Part shown: in pieces, positions 41,880-44,476 of the stretch
How the letters are laid out: every line of letters begins with the position of its first letter
Position numbering within the stretch: position 1 is the first letter of the stretch
Source of the DNA: a virus
DNA: 44,476 bases
IMG/VR virus record: IMGVR_UViG_3300025876_000039
Strand: one strand, 5' to 3'
Position numbers and translations under genes: made by a program
Notes under the pieces: generated by a model
The model's database searches: none
Seen by the model: the letters and a program-made list of their open reading frames with translations, nothing else
Told to the model about the DNA's origin: nothing

Positions 41880-42452
41880 ATGATTACACAAGAAAATTTT
41901 AAAACTAATTTTAGCCTAATAAAAACCGCATTTTCAATCAAATTTGAAAGCAATCATACTGAGGAATGCTATTTGAAGCTACTTTTTCAAGTATTAAAAA
42001 ATTCAAATCTTAATGATGAAGATATAGCAAAAAACACAACAAAGCTAATTTGTGAATATTCAAAAAAGAAATTTAACGAAACCTTTGGATTTAGTGGAGT
42101 GCCAGCACCAGCAGACTTTCTAGAATTTTTTGGCAAAGAGATAAAAAGAGAATTAACACCCGAAGAAATAGCAAAGATTGAAGTTGAGAAAATACTACAC
42201 GAGTCAAGAAATTATTATAGCGATTGGAAGCCTACAAGTGAAGTAACTAAAAAGGTTATATCTTGCTTTAACAATGGCTTAGAAACAATCCACTATGATT
42301 TATTTGATAATTGGAACGATAACAAAAAGAATATTTCTTTTTACAAAAAGGATTTAATCGAAAAATGGCTTGCTTTCTTTAATGAAAAAGAAGCCGAGCC
42401 AATGGCTATTGATAGCAATATCAAAGCCGCTTTACCTAACTTTAAAATATGA
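41880..42452 (+). CDS. Hypothetical protein (replication module by position)
   Basis: 190-aa ORF whose start abuts the upstream stop. Confidence 0.65.
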   Translation: MITQENFKTNFSLIKTAFSIKFESNHTEECYLKLLFQVLKNSNLNDEDIAKNTTKLICEYSKKKFNETFGFSGVPAPADFLEFFGKEIKRELTPEEIAKIEVEKILHESRNYYSDWKPTSEVTKKVISCFNNGLETIHYDLFDNWNDNKKNISFYKKDLIEKWLAFFNEKEAEPMAIDSNIKAALPNFKI

Positions 42453-42847
42453 AAATGAAACTTATAAAAAGATCAGTAGTAAAACCATATTTTGATCCAT
42501 TCATTAAGAGGGATAGAAAGCTTTTTTCAGATAAAGAAGCTCAATATATAGCTCATCAATTATACTCTATGAAACACGCCTTCACTATGTCTGGCTGGAA
42601 TGGAACTGATTATAGTAAACGAGGCGATTATCACTCACGATTCCGTATTGCTATGGGTGCAATTAAACTACTTGTGGATAGAGTAAATTATTTTCAAACA
42701 GCTAATGAGGAACTAACTGATTCACTTAAGAGGGTAGAAAACGATAAAAGAAGAGCAGAACTAGATAGAGAACAAAGGATATATGAAGAGAAAAAAGCAA
42801 ATAACAAAAAAGCTTATTTATTTTTAAATAATAATTCTAAAATATAA
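42449..42847 (+). CDS. Hypothetical protein
   Basis: 132-aa ORF with an overlapping start. Confidence 0.65.
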   Translation: MKMKLIKRSVVKPYFDPFIKRDRKLFSDKEAQYIAHQLYSMKHAFTMSGWNGTDYSKRGDYHSRFRIAMGAIKLLVDRVNYFQTANEELTDSLKRVENDKRRAELDREQRIYEEKKANNKKAYLFLNNNSKI

Positions 42848-42851
42848 CAAA

Positions 42852-43028
42852 ATGAGACAATTAGAAGCTTACGCCGAAGAATATCAAGAGAGAATAGCAA
42901 TCCAAATTGAAAATGGGCTTAATGACCAAATAGCAATACCTAAAGCAAGGCGTGAAGTCTTGGAATATGCAAAAAAAGATGGTGCTGATATTGAAAAATT
43001 AATGGATATGCTAAAAGATTATAAATAA
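42852..43028 (+). CDS. 58-aa hypothetical protein (not in the ORF track)
   Basis: MRQLEAYAEEYQERIAIQIENGLNDQIAIPKARREVLEYAKKDGADIEKLMDMLKDYK. Fills the gap before the promoter at 43032. Confidence 0.5.
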   Translation: MRQLEAYAEEYQERIAIQIENGLNDQIAIPKARREVLEYAKKDGADIEKLMDMLKDYK

Positions 43029-43031
43029 TAG

Positions 43032-43060
43032 TTGACTATATAAAGTATATATTTTACAAT
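43032..43060 (+). promoter_or_regulatory. sigma70-like promoter TTGACT-N17-TACAAT (early promoter/leader cassette, first copy)
   Basis: TTGACT at 43032..43037 and TACAAT at 43055..43060. The leader ends ...AAAACAAAAAAACAAT before the ATG. Confidence 0.55.
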
Positions 43061-43093
43061 AACAAAACCTACTAAATAAAACAAAAAAACAAT

Positions 43094-44302
43094 ATGAACA
43101 AAAAACAAGTCCAGCAAAAAGTATTACAAAACGGCAAGCCTCTTGCATTAAGTAAATTTACTTGGTGCGAGAAAACTATGACATTTTCAAGTGATGAAGA
43201 TAATTTAGTTTTTGCTTTTCAAAATATTGAGGGGGTAAAGATAATATCTAGAGATTGGTCAATTCAAACAGCAGGGTATAATTCAACTCAAACAGCAGGG
43301 AATGGCTCAACTCAAAAAGCAGGGCATAATTCAACTCAAAAAGCAGGGGCTTATTCAACTCAAACAGCAGGGAATGGCTCAACTCAAAAAGCAGGGCATA
43401 ATTCAACTCAAAAAGCAGGGGCTTATTCAACTCAAACAGCAGGGGCTGGGTCAACTCAAAAAGCAGGGCATAATTCAACTCAAACAGCAGGGGCTTATTC
43501 AACTCAAACAGCAGGGGCTTATTCAACTCAAAAAGCAGGGGCTTATTCAACTCAAACAGCAGGGGCTGGGTCAACTCAAAAAGCAGGGCATAATTCAACT
43601 CAAACAGCAGGGGCTTATTCAACTCAAAAAGCAGGGGCTTATTCAACTCAAAAAGCAGGGGCTTATTCAACTCAAACAGCAGGGGCTGGGTCAACTCACT
43701 TTATTGACGATCGTTGCCAAGTTGCTACAGGTTATGAATCAATAATTCATGTCAATGGTAATGATTGCGCTATAATTAACAGAAATGTATTCGAGTTAAT
43801 ACAACCAAAATCAGGAGATATTATCCAGATAAGCCCTGATAATATTGGGGGTCATCTAGTCAATGGTATTCATAGCATAACTGGTAAAAAATCTATCATT
43901 GCTGACGGCATATTGTCGGAAGTAATATCAAAGAAAGGTAATGTTTATAAAGTGATAAATCACGGAAAAACTAAGCCAAGCTACTTGATAGAAAGTGAGG
44001 TTAATGATAAGAAGGTATATTCTCACGGCAAAACTTTAAAAGAGGCTAGAGAGTCTCTAATCTATAAACTATCAGATAGAGACAGTTCACAATATAAAGA
44101 TTTAACTTTAGATAGTGTATTGAGTAAAGAAGAGGCTATTAAGTGCTATATGACTATAACTGGAGCTTGTATTAGTGGCACTAAGTATTTTGTTGACAGG
44201 TTGAAAGATGATAGAAAAGAGTTGAGTGTTGAAGAAATTATAAATTTAACTCAAGGTCAATATGGGCATGATAAGTTTAAGGATTTCTTTAATAATACTT
44301 GA
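43094..44302 (+). CDS. Ice-nucleation-protein-like octapeptide-repeat protein (copy A of the tandem duplicate)
   Basis: Identical 402-aa product to 183..1391. The nucleotide sequence is identical wherever I compared it. Confidence 0.85.
   Translation: MNKKQVQQKVLQNGKPLALSKFTWCEKTMTFSSDEDNLVFAFQNIEGVKIISRDWSIQTAGYNSTQTAGNGSTQKAGHNSTQKAGAYSTQTAGNGSTQKAGHNSTQKAGAYSTQTAGAGSTQKAGHNSTQTAGAYSTQTAGAYSTQKAGAYSTQTAGAGSTQKAGHNSTQTAGAYSTQKAGAYSTQKAGAYSTQTAGAGSTHFIDDRCQVATGYESIIHVNGNDCAIINRNVFELIQPKSGDIIQISPDNIGGHLVNGIHSITGKKSIIADGILSEVISKKGNVYKVINHGKTKPSYLIESEVNDKKVYSHGKTLKEARESLIYKLSDRDSSQYKDLTLDSVLSKEEAIKCYMTITGACISGTKYFVDRLKDDRKELSVEEIINLTQGQYGHDKFKDFFNNT
43265..43696 (+). repeat. 18 x 24-bp in-frame tandem repeat (copy A)
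   Basis: Same array as 354..785, offset by 42,911 bp. Confidence 0.95.
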
Positions 44303-44327
44303 CTATATAAATTATATACATCATAAT
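44299..44327 (+). promoter_or_regulatory. sigma70-like promoter TTGACT-N17-CATAAT (same sequence as 122..150)
   Basis: Lies within the wrap-around overlap. Confidence 0.55.
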
Positions 44328-44359
44328 ACTAAAAATTACTAACTAAAACAAAAAACAAT

Positions 44360-44476
44360 ATGAACAAAAAACAAGTCCAGCAAAAAGTATTACAAAACGG
44401 CAAGCCTCTTGCATTAAGTAAATTTACTTGGTGCGAGAAAACTATGACATTTTCAAGTGATGAAGATAATTTAGTT
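44360..44476 (+). CDS. 5' partial of the octapeptide-repeat protein (same sequence as 183..299)
   Basis: MNKKQVQQKVLQNGKPLALSKFTWCEKTMTFSSDEDNLV... runs off the window end. Confidence 0.85.
   Translation, partial: MNKKQVQQKVLQNGKPLALSKFTWCEKTMTFSSDEDNLV

Noticed and set aside
1-44476. Lysogeny module, diversity-generating retroelement, toxin-antitoxin or known defence system
   Set aside because: I recognised no integrase or recombinase, CI-type repressor with peptidase domain, reverse transcriptase or template/variable repeat pair in any ORF. The ParB-like protein alone is insufficient to call a plasmid-prophage lifestyle.

Overview
The window is essentially one complete, very AT-rich (roughly 30% GC by eye) contractile-tailed phage genome. 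Bases 1..299 are identical to 44178..44476, so the unique unit is 44,177 bp, either circular or terminally redundant.

Layout:
- Early, recombination and regulatory genes lie on the + strand at 183..6089 and 36435..44302.
- One long minus-strand late operon runs 36192 -> 6081. Its order is: NPPY methyltransferase, ParB-like protein, TET/JBP-like dioxygenase, TerS, TerL, an ~890-bp non-coding island, portal, Mu-F-like protein, scaffold, decoration protein, major capsid, connector proteins, sheath, tube, frameshifted chaperones, tape measure, baseplate, two paralogous tail fibres, a lysis cassette, and a LamG-containing accessory tail end.
- Promoters look sigma70-like (TTGAC[A/T]-N17-TAnnnT). 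Most start codons lack a Shine-Dalgarno sequence.
- I found no integrase, reverse transcriptase, CRISPR array, canonical tRNA or DNA polymerase.

Most interesting observations:
1. A TET/JBP dioxygenase + ParB-like + amino-methyltransferase cluster next to the terminase, with no C5-cytosine methyltransferase anywhere in the window.
2. A perfectly duplicated early gene encoding an ice-nucleation-protein-like octapeptide array, bracketed by three copies of a promoter/leader cassette.
3. A structured non-coding island with plus-strand promoter/terminator units inside the minus-strand late operon.
4. Two related intergenic elements carrying tRNA T-arm-like hairpins.
5. A possible double-hotdog FabZ-like early protein.
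6. A 12 x 7-bp heptamer array upstream of a putative replication organiser.

All functional calls come from motif recognition by eye. No database search was run.
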